Below are positions 12,901 to 25,670 of a stretch of 48,665 bases of DNA, piece by piece. This DNA is from Chiloscyllium plagiosum (taxonomy: Eukaryota): contig NC_057718.1 in assembly GCF_004010195.1 (NCBI RefSeq), forward strand, positions 23,200,773 through 23,249,437, in the 5' to 3' direction. Under the pieces are notes generated by a model. That model was given only the letters and a program-made list of their open reading frames with translations, was not told the DNA's origin and made no database searches. The number at the start of each line of letters is the position of its first letter. The first letter of the stretch is position 1. The translations under genes were made by a program, and so were the position numbers.

Positions 12901-13550
12901 GTTGCCACCCAGGTTGACAGGGTTGTTAAGAAGGCAAATGCTGTGTGAGCTTTTATTGGTACAGGGATTGAGTTTCGGAGTCATGAGATCATGCTGCAGC
13001 TGTACAAAACTCTGGTGCTGCTGCACTTGGAGTATTGTGTACATTTCTGGTCACCGCATTATAGGAAGGATGTGGAATGTTTGGAAAGGGTTCAGAGGAT
13101 GTTGCCTGGTATGGAGGGAACATCTTATAAGGAAAGGCTGAGGGACCTGAGGCTGTTTTTGTTAGAGGCAAGAAGGTTGAGTGGTGACTTAGTTGAAACA
13201 TACAAGATGATCAGAGAGTTAGATAGGGTGGACAGTAAGAGCCTTTTTCCTCAGATGGTGATGGCTTAGCACGAGGGAGCATAGCTTTAATTTGAGGGTT
13301 GATAGATATAGGATAGATGTCAGAAGCAGTTTCTTTATTCAGAGAGTAGTAGGGGCTTGGAATGCACTGTCTGCAACAGGAGTAGACTCGCCAACTTTAA
13401 CGGCATTTAAATGGTCATTTGATAGACATATGGATGAAAATAGAATGGTGTAGGATAGATGGGCTTCAGATTGGTTTCACACGTCAGTGCAACATCAAGG
13501 GCCAAAGGGCCTGTACTGTGTTGGAATGTTCTATGTTCTATGTTCTATGC
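9920..13550 (+). mobile_element. Long CR1-type LINE: end of ORF1 plus disrupted ORF2 (endonuclease-RT)
   Basis: WDLYKQDGLHLN (esterase end), ISETW endonuclease motif, VYMDFSKTFDKIPH, QGSVL, KFADDT, HLEYCVHFWSP; terminal (ttctatg)n; many stops and frameshifts. Confidence 0.95.
10363..10937 (+). mobile_element. 5'-truncated PLE (family A) with short inverted 5' arm, inserted in CR1
   Basis: HPVAQHFNSPSH..RRLEEEHLIFCLGTLQPQGMN GIY-YIG C-terminus; TSD 10349-10362/10938-10951 (13/14); 10361-10384 is an inverted copy of 10855-10878; degenerate hammerhead 10811-10838. Confidence 0.9.
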
Positions 13551-14599
13551 TCTATTTCAGCCAGACTAGTTATAATTGGTTCTTTCGCAAACTCCGTTCA
13601 ATTTCAAAGTCAGGCAAGCTACCACAGATCTAACTAATTTAACGTAATACTCTAACATATTTATTTGTACAACACCCAAATTATAAATCTCCCAAAGCTC
13701 AAGTCCAGGATATTAATCCACATTTACTGTCATTGCTTGGTAATTACTCAGCAGACCGAGCATGGACCACTTGGTATCCTCACAGGAGCAGATGTGGTCT
13801 TCTCCTGCGAGAGACGAGGGGATGTGAAGCCTAATATTGGGAAACTCACCACCCATGTGGGCACTCCCAACCCTGGTGGGGGCTGTAATGAGAGAAAGCA
13901 AGGGATTAAGTGAGATGAAAGTGGGTGGCATAGCTACCAGTGCTGGTGCAGGTGGAGGGAAGGTGGTGAAGTGTTAGGAACAATGCCAACTTCCCTTTCT
14001 CTGACATGTTGAGATTCCATTCCTGACTCAGCAGGGGAGCTCCAGAATGCCAGTTCTTGTCCACGTGCACCATGACCTTTTAAAGACAGTGCAAGGAATT
14101 CCCATTTCTTGGTGACACTCCGCAGAGATGTGAGTTGATCTGAGAACGGCATTTGATAAAATACATTGGAGGAATGGCCATAGGTAAGAGAATGAATGTG
14201 GTGGTTTTGGTAAGATGCAGTGAGGTAACCCACTCAGCCCTGCAGCAGAAATCCCTCTAAAAAACCCAAACCACTTCAAGTTTAGCCCAAAAAAATCAAC
14301 CGCATGATTTTTGATTTCTTAACTTTAACATTTTGAATTCTAAACTTCTGCCTATCCATCTCTTTGTTAAAGAAGTTAACATCAGCTGATGCAACGTTCA
14401 TTGTCGGGAATGATGGAGCAATTCTTCTGGTATCTAATTTAAATGTTAAATTTAATCAATTGCATTCATGTTATTCATTTCTTTAAGGATTGCAAAGATG
14501 TGTTCTATATTCTTTTAAACCTTTTCTGCAATGAAAGGAATCCCAGTCCTGAATATTTTCTTTTTTGACATTATATATAGGATATAGGAATTATATGAA

Positions 14600-14812
14600 A
14601 TATTTCCTAGACCAGTATTTATTGTCCATCCCGAATTGACCAGAGGGAACCACATTGCTGTAACTCTAGAGTCACATGTAGGCTCCCAAAAACTGACAAT
14701 GGATTCATGGTCTTCATTAGACTTTGCCATGGTAGGGTTTGAACCTGGGTCTCCAGACATTATCTGGGTCTCTGGATTAACAGATAATACTACTAGGCTA
14801 TTGCCTTCCCTA
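14600..14812 (-). mobile_element. tRNA-derived SINE, internally deleted (same family as 1322-1672)
   Basis: Minus strand tagcctagtagtatt..ccaggttcaaaccc A/B boxes and shared tail. Confidence 0.6.
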
Positions 14813-14964
14813 ACTTCAGAGTTCTACATCCCAGAATTGCTCTAATTGCTTTTCTTGGAACTGAACCTGATTGTAATGTCTTTTTGACACCTCAAATAAC
14901 TTCCAACTGTAACCTGAATACAGTTTAGGAACCATTTATTTAAAATGGTTTTGATGTTACAATG

Positions 14965-15129
14965 TTAGTAGACTACAGAAATTTCCCATTCAGCCCAACA
15001 GATCTGTGGCCAGTGGACTATGGGAGCAAACCCACAGAGTGTGCAAACTCCATAAAGACAGTTGCTTGAGGGTAGAATTGAACCCTGATCCTTGGCACTA
15101 GGAGGCAGCAGGCTAGCCACTGTGTCACC
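14965..15129 (-). mobile_element. Degenerate HE1-type SINE
   Basis: gtgtgcaaactcca, gaattgaaccc and agccactgtgtcacc match 7795-8143. Confidence 0.6.
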
Positions 15130-15344
15130 TAGTTTGTTTCACAATATCTTATTAAGTGGATCAGGGTAATTTTGACACCAAATAAATGCAAAGGGGGATG
15201 GGATGCGAAACCAATTTTGTGTAAAGATTCTATTTCTCTACAAAGGGCACATATCACAATTCTTGCTTCCTTTTTAGAAATGGGGCAAATATCCTAAACT
15301 GGTACTGCAACCGATACAGAAATATTGACCAGCCCAGTAATAAA

Positions 15345-15545
15345 GGCGAAAGTGAGGATTGCAGATACTCGAGAGTGTGGTGTGCTGGAAATACACAGCA
15401 GGTCAGACAGCATCCGAGGAGCAGGAAAATTGATGTTTTGGGCAAAAACATCATTCCTGATGAAGGGCTTTTGCCCGAAACATCGATTTAACCGCTCCTC
15501 GGATGCTGCCTGACCTGCTGTGCTTTTCCAGCACCACACTCCCGA
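15345..15545. mobile_element. Fold-back PLE family A mini-element with hammerhead motif
   Basis: Imperfect inverted arms; TSD cagcccagtaataaa 15330-15344 / cagctcactaataaa 15546-15560; CTGATGA-a-gggc-tttt-gccc-GAAACATC 15457-15484. Confidence 0.85.
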
Positions 15546-15737
15546 CAGCTCACTAATAAACTCTATTTAATCATTCATCCATTATTTTCAGTGGATGAAA
15601 TAAACATTTGGCAGAATTCCTTCAAGACCTGTCCTGCTCCTGATGAGAAATTCTCATATTGCTGCTCACAGCCAATCCAATATCTCCAGGCCAAGTAAAA
15701 CATTCAAGTGGGGAATTTTGCTCCAAATTTCAAATAC

Positions 15738-15802
15738 CTGTAGATCCATTCTTTTTTCAACATTTCTAAATCTTTCAGGTTAGCTGAATCTGAGGAAGAC
15801 AC
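15738..15802 (-). CDS. Candidate internal exon (VSSSDSANLKDLEMLKKEWIY-R)
   Basis: Pyrimidine tract then gcagatag|, donor AG|gtattt; phases fit both neighbours; caveat: a competing CAG lies 4 nt upstream. Confidence 0.35.
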
Positions 15803-15899
15803 CTATCTGCAAATTATAAGGGTGAAACATTAAGGAAATAAATATTGGAAACACACACAACAGATTTTCGAGGCTTTCAAGTTTTGGAATAGCTTTCTT

Positions 15900-16280
15900 G
15901 TGTAACTTGGTTGTTAAAAGCTAATTACTGACAGAAAGCTTGCAAAACAGAAATTGGAAAATTAGACCTTCCTTTGTCTTATGGGCCTCTAAGGCACTAC
16001 CTGCAATGAACTGAAGGAGACGTTGCTATGTAACTTTGCACACTTTGTAGTGCAGAAGGAATTAGAGTAAAAAATGAAAGCACTGCGGATGGTGTAACTT
16101 GGTTGTTAAAAGCTAATTACTGACAGAAAGCTTGCAAAACAGAAATTGGAAAATTAGACCTTCCTTTGTCTTATGGGCCTGTAATGCACTACCTGCAATG
16201 AACTGAAGGAGACGTTGCTATGTAACTTTGCACACTTTGTGCAGAAGGAATTAGAGTAAAAAATGAAAGCACTGCGGATG
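15900..16280 (+). repeat. Tandem duplication (192 + 189 bp)
   Basis: 15900-16091 vs 16092-16280 differ by 2 substitutions and one 3-bp indel. Confidence 0.95.
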
Positions 16281-16441
16281 CTGTAAATCAGAAACAAAAA
16301 CAGAAATTGCTGGAACAACTCAGCAAGTCTGGCAGCACCAGGACTGAGGAAGGGTCACTGGTCCCGAGAAGTTCACTCTGATTTCTCATCACAGATGCTG
16401 TCAGATCTGATGAGCTTTTCCAGCAATTGCTGTTTTTGTTT
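16255..16441. mobile_element. Fold-back PLE family B mini-element with degenerate hammerhead
   Basis: aaacaaaaacagaaattgctgg..ggcagca is inverted to tgctgtc..ccagcaattgctgtttttgttt; CTGAGGA-a-gggtc..gtccc-GAGA at 16344-16369. Confidence 0.75.
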
Positions 16442-16554
16442 AAGAATTACACAGTGTTGATCGTAATGGTATGAGTATAGTTATGCATATTAGACAATTA
16501 AAACTGATTACTTGCACTACTGCACTCCTGTGACTTTCCTTCGTCTCATTGAGT

Positions 16555-16670
16555 ATTACCACAAGATCTTTTACATCCATTGGAGAGAGTGAGTGACAGT
16601 TTACCACCTGGCAACCTTCAATGGCTCAGCATTCGCTCAGCATTGTGCTGGAGCGTAAACGTTGTGCTCA
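16555..16670 (-). mobile_element. Degenerate DeuSINE fragment
   Basis: agatcttttacatcca...cagcattcgctcagcattgtgctggag resembles the reverse-complemented Deu domain. Confidence 0.4.
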
Positions 16671-17919
16671 AGTCAAAGGATGCCAAGACTTTGCGTAATC
16701 TTATTAACTGTGAATGAGGGGCCGGGGAGGGCACAAGAGAAGCTGTGTACATAGAAGATGCATTTGGTCTTCTCAATGCTCAAGAGCAGAATGCCTTGTT
16801 TCATCCATGACTTAATATTGAAATTGCAGTCTGATAGCCTAGGTCTGGTTCTAGATGGGAGGGATAGACAGTGGTGAATTACTTTTATAAAGAGATGTTA
16901 TCAGGATGAAGTGCATTGATAAAAAGATATTGGATTATAAGCTGAGGGTGGTCTCCCAACAGAGCAGTATAAAAGTTGGCAGCAAACAGACTTTCCCTTG
17001 TCTATTCCATGCTTTTACTCTTCAGCTGTTTACTTATTCCAAGGTCAGAAGTCAGACAACACCAGGTTACAGTCCAACGGGTTTATTTGAAATCACATGC
17101 TTTCAGAGCATTGCACCTTTATTGGGTGAAGTGAGAGAGAAGCACACCGGCACAGAATTTACAGGCAGAGCGATCAAAAGATCATACAATTGGTGTGAGT
17201 GGAGTGTCGACAGGCTGAATAATAGGTCTCTGCAGGTGATCAAGGGTGTCAGATGTTGTGAGTAAAGTGCCAAGAGTTGATTAACATGTGAAGGGATAAT
17301 CTATAATCCAATGAAATGTGGCAGAGAGATAATTAAAATAAATTAAAAACAAGGTGGTGCTGGAGACAAACCAAAAGATTGAAATAACTTAATCGATATA
17401 AGAGTTGCATGCCGAGGGTCTAACCAAGGTAATAAGTAATCTAAAATTGTGCAAACTAATTAAGGGAGAGAGATTGTAACAATTTATCAAGATAATGGTG
17501 TCAATCCAGGAAAGAAAGGAAGATTTTACAGATACAGTGGTGTGGCAGGGTCACATGTAGTGTGACATGAACCCAAATCATGGTTGAGGCTATCTTCATG
17601 GGTATGGAACTTGGCTATCAGTTTCTTCTCAGTAATTTTGCATTGTTGTGTGTCTCGAAGACTGCCTTGGAGGACGCCTACCCGAAGACTGGACACTGAA
17701 CGTCCTTGACCGCTCAAGTATTCCCAAACTGGGAGGAAACATCCCTGTTTGGCAATTGTTGTCCGGTGTCCATTCATCTGCTGTTGTAGCGTCTGCATGG
17801 TCTAGCCAATATACCATGTCTCGGGGCGTCCTTGTCTCTAGTGTATGAAGTAGACCACACTAGTCGAGTCACATGAGTACCTGTTGTGTATGTAGTGGGT
17901 AGTGGTCCCATGTGTGATG

Positions 17920-18262
17920 TTAGAACTTAGAACATAGAGCATTACAGCGCAATACAGGCTCTTCAGCCCTTGATGTTGCTCCAACCTGAGAAACCAATCT
18001 GAAGGCCATCTAACCTATATTATTCCATTCTTATCCATATGTCTATCCAATGACCATTTAAATGCCCTTAAGTTTGTCTACTACTGTTACAGGCAGTGAG
18101 TTCCATGCTCCGACTACACTCTGAGTTCAGAAACTGTCTGTGACATCTGTCCTGTATCCATCACCCCTCAATTTAAAGCTGTGTCCCCTCATGCTAACCA
18201 TCACCATCTGATGGGTTGGACTCACTGACCAACCCATCTAACCCTCTGATTATCTTATATGT
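17920..18262 (-). mobile_element. CR1 3' fragment nested in the PLE
   Basis: Starts with (tagaac)-type reverse tail; reverse complement matches 13200-13550. Confidence 0.85.
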
Positions 18263-18754
18263 TAATATTCATGTTGATGGTCTGGCATGACTTGAAGACG
18301 TTGCCGTGGCAGGGTTGTGTGGTGTTGTGGTCTATGTTGTTCTGAAGGCTGAGTAGTTTGCTGTGAATGATGGTCTATTTAAAGTTTGGCAGTTATTTGA
18401 AGGCGAGAAGTGGGGGCGTAGGGATGATCTTGGCAAGACACTCGATGACAAGTTTAAGACTGTGGAGAACATGATGTAGTTTCTGTGGCTTGAGGAAGTA
18501 TGGGACGACGATGGGTACTCTATCAGCGTATCCTGTGTCTGTCTTCTGAGGAGGTCATTGCAGTTTTTTGCTGTTGCACATCGGATTATAAGTCGCTTGT
18601 TGTTCAGCTGCTGTCACTTTACTCACACCATCTGACACTCTTGATCACCTGCAGAGACTTATTATTCAGCCTGTCGACACTCCACGCACACCATTTGTAA
18701 GATCTTTTGATCTCTCTGCCTATAAATTCTGTGGCTGTGCGCTTCTCTCTCACT

Positions 18755-18791
18755 TCACCTGAGAAAGGGGCAATACTCCGAAAGCTTGTGA
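18755..18791 (+). ncRNA. Degenerate minimal hammerhead ribozyme motif
   Basis: tcac-CTGAGAA-agggg-caata-ctcc-GAAAGCTT-gtga; helix I tcac/gtga is perfect, but G8 is substituted. Confidence 0.55.
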
Positions 18792-18989
18792 TTTCAAATA
18801 AATCTGTTTGACTATAACCTGGTGTCGTCTGACCTCTGACCTTGTCCACTGCAGTCCAACACCGACACCTCCATATCACGCTATATTATGAGAATTAGAT
18901 TTCCATCTATCTTCAGGAGGAAGGCCCAACTCATTGAGCTGCTAGTCAAACAGAGGCTGAAAGCTGTGGCACACTCGGACTGGTGGCCA

Positions 18990-19290
18990 GGATTATTTTT
19001 ATTGGAAAAAAAACCTTTATTCACAAAAAAATCTTTACGTGCATATACAGTTACTAAAGTTAATCAGTACTGTCTTTGCACATGTATGATAGGCAATCAT
19101 GGGAATTTGGCATTCTCTGCAGTTACAAGAAAATTTAAGGCATTTCTTTCTTATAAAAGACTATGTTTACATGCATTTGATGCATCCGAGAGGCTCTGAC
19201 AACTGAACAGACCCCCATTGTACTAGGGCAAAAAGACCATAAATGGTGGTCTTTCCTCAGATTGGTGGCCTTGATTGATATTGCATGGGG
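18990..19290 (-). mobile_element. Possible L1/Tx1-like LINE 3' end
   Basis: Minus-strand AATAAA near an A/T-rich terminus; resembles a shark Tx1-like 3' UTR by recollection only. Confidence 0.3.
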
Positions 19291-22075
19291 ACAAAGATAC
19301 ACATGGCTGACGTGATACACAGGTAAGTCTGTGACCTCACTGTGCCATTGAATTGTAGTGATGGTGGGATAGCTTCCTCAATGGAGACATTAATTTAGCT
19401 CTAAAGGGTTTCAATGGAGCTAAAGGCAAGTGACCCATCTCACTCCTTCTTATCACCTGTCAAATAGTGTCATGGCAGATCTGTGTTCCCCCTTGTGCAT
19501 GACCCATAAAGTTCTCTCTACTGGTTTGAGGGAAGACAGGTCAATGTTAATAGAGAAGCTTTGAAGAAACTGAAATAAGTTAAAGCAAAGCTGGGAGATT
19601 AATATCAACAGACAGCAAGAAAGGCCCAAAGGTTATTGAGCAAGTGTTAACAGTAGAAGCAAGGTTGGAAAACAAGGGATACCATTAAAATGGCAGAGAG
19701 GGTGGGAGTGAATAAAGAATGTGAGATGCAGCAGCTGGAAGCATTTATTATTCACAGAGAGTTTGGTTCAGATGCAATGACCAGGGAATCCTTGAGGAGT
19801 TACAGGACAAAATTAATATTTTCAGTTTGAAATTTTTCAGTGTCTAAGGGTTGGAGGAGCACCTGAATAAGCATCTGATCATTTCAAGCCACTTAATCTA
19901 ATTCTGTGAAAATTGCTAGTGGGCTTGCTATGAGTGAGTGTTTCAGGGGTGCTGCTAACTGGTTTCAAAGTAACATGTCATGTTTCTCAAACATATTAAA
20001 ATTTGTCGAGACAGCAATGGGAATGGATGAAGTAAACAATAGAAAGCTTGGGTTTGATCAAAGAATGTTCAACTAATTCAATCATGGTGAGGCTTGTCTG
20101 ATGTTTAATTTCAAAATGTTCCATTGAGAGCCCATTGTGTAACATGAGGTGAAGGCTGAAAATTGGCCAAAGCCCAGTTTAAATGATGTGGCCACACTGC
20201 TGGTGTTTATTGGCCCTCTCTGTAGGCAGTTCCAACTTTGTATAGCAACGGGTGCCAAGGCACCTGCATCTCCATTAGTGACCCTCTGGTCGGTACAGGC
20301 TCCCAGGAGGGGTTTCAGCCAACTTCAGCTATCAGCAGCTCTTGGAGCTGGAGCAGAGGGGTCAGGGGGGTATCTCCCTGCTTCACACAGCTGTATGGTA
20401 ACTATCATTAATGACCAATGCCTTAAGCAGCACCGAGCACTAAAGAATCCTGAACAGCACAGAGCCAACCCCAGCCTTACCCTCCCAACCTAATCGCTGC
20501 AAGGAAATTAAAAGCAGGCATCTGGTATCTGATGAAGACCTATTGCAAATGGTGTAGAAGGAACAGCTTGACTCTGTTTCTAGTCGGATATTGTCCAGGC
20601 ACTCTTGCAACACAGGACATTGTAACGCTGTTATGGTCTGGTTTCAATCTCAGAAGCTGGTATAATCAGAAAATACCTTAACTGAGATAAAGTGAATTCT
20701 GGAATTCCTGTTCTCAGTGATCTGATGTGCACAATTCTCATGCATAATGTGTTTATGGCTGTAACAAAAATGTGGATGCTATTGAGCTATGTAACTAACA
20801 TGTAACAAGAATATTGAGCCAGATTTTCCAAGGAGTGGTAATCTCACAGTCACCCTGCTCTTTATTTTGTACGTAAGGGAAATGCTCTGCATTCCTGACA
20901 GGAGATTCCAGTCAGGCTCTTTCAGAAACGCAATACATGGGCAGGGTGCTGATTGGGTAGAGGCTAGGATGTCAGAGGTAGAGTACCAGGTGGGTAAGGT
21001 GCCAGAATGCAAGGTGGTAATGGAGACAGGTAAGTGGGGTGTTTATGGCTGAGCAGGATGGATGGGAGATATCATGTCCAGTGGAGAGGGTGTGCTGGGG
21101 AGGAATGGTTGGCAGGGAGTTGAGTGGGCATCATATCCCAAAAGGTGGATTTTGGCAGGGGTGTTCACCAGCTCCCAGTAGGCTGAAGGGACTGGAGGTG
21201 AGGCAGGGGTATCAGGTCTTGAGCAGGTGGAGTCGGGTTCAGCTGCAGGACAAAGTGGAGTTGGGTCCAGAGTGGAAGAAGTAGGGGTCAAGTCTGAAAC
21301 TGGGTGAGAGGGTTCTGCTCCTAGTGGAGGGATAGGGGGAATCAGGTATGAGATATTAGGAACTTGGGTGAGATGTAATTGGGAGCGTGTGAGTTACATT
21401 GGGTGTCAATTGAATAATTACTCAGGAGTTAGACTTGGTTGTTTAATAATTCTGATAGGCTAACTTTTCCTGAGTAACTAGTTACTTAATTCCCAATTCT
21501 CCAATTAAAATGGACATTTTTAAAGGGTTCCAGGTGTGGGGAATTGTCCAGTGAAATCTTCAATTTCCTGGGCAAGTCCTTTTGAATCTGTTAAAATGGG
21601 AATGCCACACGGTTCCTGAGTGCAACTGTCTACACTGCAAAAACGACTGGACGTTGGTCCAGGCTTGGCTATCTCCGAACATCATAGCTGCTTCTTATGG
21701 AAATGAGTTGGAATGAAATTAATGAGCGTGAAATTAACTAGAATGAAATCTTATGGACTCCCCTGACCAACCCACTGAGAGTCACAGTCAACCCCTTTAT
21801 TTTCATTCAGTACTAATGATAAGAAGTGAACTCCTAGATTTATTTTCTCTTGAAAGGAAGAAATCTAACCTTTGTCATGCAGGGCACTTTTTATCTGCAA
21901 CACAAAAGTAATATATGATATTTGTGACAGAGACAGATGTCACTTTTGCATTTGTTTGTTACATCTATCAGTGTTAAGTGCTCCACAAGTACATTATGTT
22001 GGGACTGAGGACAGGAATCTGAAAAGGTGCCAAAATGTAAGAGTAAAGACAAGGATGGTGATGCTGTTACAATTT

Positions 22076-22287
22076 CAAGAGCGTGTTGCTGGAAAAGCAC
22101 AGCAGGTCAGGCAGCATCCAAGGAGCAGGAGGATCAATGTTTTGGGCCAGAGCACTTCTTTTCCTGATGAAGGGCTCCGGCCCGAGACGTCAATTTCCTG
22201 CTCCTCGGATGCTGCTTGACCAGCTGTGCTTTTCCAGCAACACACTCTCAACTCTGATCTCCAGCATCTGCAGTCCTCACTTTCTCC
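22076..22287. mobile_element. Fold-back PLE family A mini-element with hammerhead motif
   Basis: Arms ~22078-22160 / ~22164-22248 plus 39-nt tail; TSD atgctgttacaattt 22061-22075 / atgctgttgcaattt 22288-22302; CTGATGA..GAGACGTC 22164-22191. Confidence 0.9.
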
Positions 22288-24117
22288 ATGCTGTTGCAAT
22301 TTGTTTACTGGATTTGCAGATAGGTAGAACTGGCAGCGTTGTAGTTGTTGACCTTTCATAGCTCCAGTGGATTGCTCTGCCAGGATGAACTTGAGCAAGG
22401 TGTATACTTTAAATATACAACTGTCAGAGAATTGTCCAATTACAAATCGAGGCCACAAACAGATCTTGTAAAATTGACAAACACTGGTTTATTTCTCACG
22501 ATATCGTGTAGAGGGTAAATTGACTGGACTAACACAAAATGGACACTTTGCACAGTTAAGTCAAGGGTTCTCCTCCCTGAGCTTCACATACCGACACTTC
22601 TTATAGGGTTACAGTGGTGGAATTTTCTTTATAAGACAATGCAGTTTTGATTACAGTTAATTGAAAACAATTGATGGATTCCAGCAGAATCCATCAGTTA
22701 ACAATTATAACAGGAGGTTTAGCTAATCTGCAGAATGGGTGCTAATGGCTAGCATCCTGGCTTCAATAAGTCCCTAAAGTAGTTTTCATTTTTGTCAGGT
22801 ACCTTGGTGCCACCTGGTCTACATGGGCTTTGTGGGGATTGAGTACCTGAGGAGGCAGGGAATGCCTTTGGGCTTCAGGAGCAGTGATACTATTGTGAGG
22901 AAGGAAAACCAGTTAGCAGGTCATCTAGGTAGTGTATTCCTTCAGTCGGGGGTGGGGGGAGGGTTAAGCTGCTTAAGTAATGCCTCGTTTCACTGTTAAT
23001 TCCTGAGCTGAGTATAGTCAAGCTGAGGTGCCAGTGGCATTATGGGTGGGCTTTATTTGGCTAAGAGCAGACATGATTTCTGTGAGCAAGTGGTGGGCAG
23101 GCAGAATGTTTTTCTCCCACAACAAAGCATGTCCAACTGGAAAATATCATGAACTGAGGGATACCTTATTTGAGTACGCTGCCCATTCAGTTCCTGCATA
23201 TCATTATCATATGCTTCCTGTTTTCCACACTAGTTTACAGTTTTCCATGAGTCCCTGACCCCTTTTCTTTTGTATGTTTTCCTGTGTGAACTTGAATAAG
23301 AATACAGATGGAAAGATTAGCAAGATGGAAACATTTCTTTTCTCTATTCTGCATGTGTATGGAAAGCGTACTGATCCGAGGTTATGGCATCACATTTATA
23401 TCATCCTCTTCCTATGTGAGTGCTAATTTTTGTTTCAATTCTGTTTATGCTTTGTTAATGAGGCATCATTAGCACAAATGTTTGCTAAACTAAGCCAATC
23501 CGTTGTTTAAGGTTGAACATCTGACACTGGTAAATGTCCTACTGCTGGATATCATCAACTCTTCAAAAGATGATAGTAAAATGGAAAAAGAGAATCCAGC
23601 TGATTCAATCAGCGCTAAGTGCTGAATCATCCACAATGGACAATTGTCTCTACACTTGATATGTAATATTACTACTGGAACACTTTTTTTTCCCAAAAGC
23701 TGTTGATCCATTTATGGAATACCTCGTAAGGCAACAATTTCCACTCAGCCTAATTATCAAGCCTCATTATTAGAAACTATTACAGAAAATTAACTTCTCT
23801 CCAAACTCTAATTGTCCTCATGCATCAAGGGAAATGTTGCTTAGTACATTAAAGATAATGAGGAATCAGTTGCATCAAAGCTGGAATAATACATATGGCA
23901 CAAAGATCTCTCCTTTCTTAAAAGGGGGTGTTTTTGTTCAAATGGTACTTGCTAATCTTTGTAATTTTGCCTCTGTCAAGGGTTGAAACGTAATGATGTA
24001 ACTTGCACAGGAATGCATCACTATATCAATTGAGGAAGTCCCCAGGTTATACACAGTTTTCTGATAAAGGCGATAGTTTGTTGTTTTCAGTGACTACAGT
24101 TTTACCCCCTTTAAGGA

Positions 24118-24600
24118 AAAATACAAAAATGTTGAACATACTCAGCAATTCTGTCAACATCTGTGGAGAGCTAGAAAGCTACTTTTTCAGATTGATCATC
24201 TTTCATCTGAGCTGGTGAAAATTAAAGAGCGGTTAAACAGTGGAGAGGGTGGGAAAATAACTAGAATGAAGGTATCTGATAGTATGGAAGACAAGAGAGG
24301 TTAAATAACAAAAAAAGGTGGATGGAGATGATAAAGGAACAGGTAATGAAAGAAAAATGACTTGACAGAAGGTAAAAATAACTGCAGAATCAATCAGCAA
24401 CACCAAACAAGGACAGAGTTTAGAATTTGAAATTCTTGAGCTCAAGATTGGAAAGTTGTGCTTGATCAAAAAATGAGATGCTGTTCCTCCAGCTTCCATC
24501 AAGCTTCATTTTGGAACTGGCAAAGTGGTCAAGGGCAGCAAGACCACAGGGAAGATGGAACAGATAATTAAAATGACACAGAGGGCAGTAGTTCAGGACC
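24118..24600 (-). mobile_element. Old degenerate PLE 3' fragment
   Basis: Minus strand reads KLEEQHLIF (cf. RLEEEHLIF at 10470..10655), followed by a pyrimidine-rich UTR and pseudo-LTR remnant. Confidence 0.6.
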
Positions 24601-24746
24601 ACACAGTTTGGCTGGAAGTGTTCTATGAAGAGCTCACTTGATGTCTCCAGTGTGGATGAGGCTAAATTGTTTGACATGTTGCTTTGAGTTTGCTGCTACT
24701 TAATGCATCACCGAATAATAGCAGTGGAACTATTATCTGCACTCAC

Positions 24747-24832
24747 CTTTTCTCTATCTTGCTGAAATTGTTTATTTACCTCACCAGTGTTTTCTCTTCC
24801 CAGCTCTTTGGGAGTCTTACACCCTTCTGTCC
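24747..24832 (-). CDS. Candidate internal exon (..TEGCKTPKELGRENTGEVNKQFQQDREK); 5' boundary uncertain
   Basis: Consensus donor AAG|GTGAGT at a codon boundary of ORF 24708..24911; several possible acceptors. Confidence 0.4.
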
Positions 24833-24959
24833 CTGAGGCACAGTTTGAATGTGCTGAGCCTTGAGTAAGTGGCTTTAACAGTGATTGGCACAAGAGATTG
24901 GTTACCAGCAAGTCATTGGTGCATTTTGGAAGGTCAAATTCAGGTGTGAATTATACAAT

Positions 24960-25670
24960 CAATGCAGTACCTTTAGGAGATTGACATATAGAGGGAACTG
25001 GATGCACAGGCCCATGATCCTTGAAAGTGGCAACACATGTGCATGAGGTGGTCAAGAAGGCATACAACATGCTTGTCTTCATCGGTTGGGGCATTGAATA
25101 ATAAAGTTGGAAAGTTATGCTACAGTTGTACAAAATGTTAGTTAAGCCACATTTGGAATATTGCATGCAGTTCTGCTCACTACACTACCAGGAAGATTTG
25201 GATGCCTTAGGGGGTTGCAAAGAAAGTTTATAGGATGTTGCGTGGTCTGGAAGGTTTAGTTATGAGGAGAGGTTGCATAAACTTGAATTGTTTTTACTGG
25301 AAAGATGGAGGCTGAGGGTCAACGAAATTATGAGAGGCATAGATAGCATGGATAGTCAGAGGCTTTTTTCCCAGGGTGGAAAGGTCAAGTACAAGAGGGC
25401 ACAGGTTCAAGGTGAGAGGGGGAAGGTTTAGGGGAGAAGTGTAGAGAAAATTTTTCACACAGTAGGTCATGGGCACCTGGAACGTGTTGCCAGTGGAGGT
25501 CGTGGAAGCAGGCATGTTAGCAACATTAAAGGCGTATCTCGATGAACACATGAACATAATGCAAACCAAGAGATAGAAACCATGAATTGTCAATAAGAAG
25601 CAGGTCTAAATAAGGAATAGGAATTGACTCAGGTTTGGTGGGCTGAAGAGTCTGTTTGTGTGCTGTGCTT
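24960..25670 (+). mobile_element. CR1 3' fragment
   Basis: MLQLYKMLVKPHLEYCMQFCS region and CR1 3' end homologous to 1680-2366. Confidence 0.85.

Larger units (their letters stand above)
17040..18878 (-). mobile_element. PLE family C with ~245 bp inverted pseudo-LTRs and disrupted GIY-YIG region
   Basis: 17040-17286 is inverted to ~18598-18844 (ORFs 16906..17265+ and 18619..18879- are near-identical peptides); ORF 17526..17798- QQMNGHR..EKKLIAKFHTHEDSLNHDLG. Confidence 0.9.

Noticed and set aside
20940..21400. G-rich purine-skewed tract
   Set aside because: No periodicity, ORF or termini I can define; probably low-complexity interior of an old repeat
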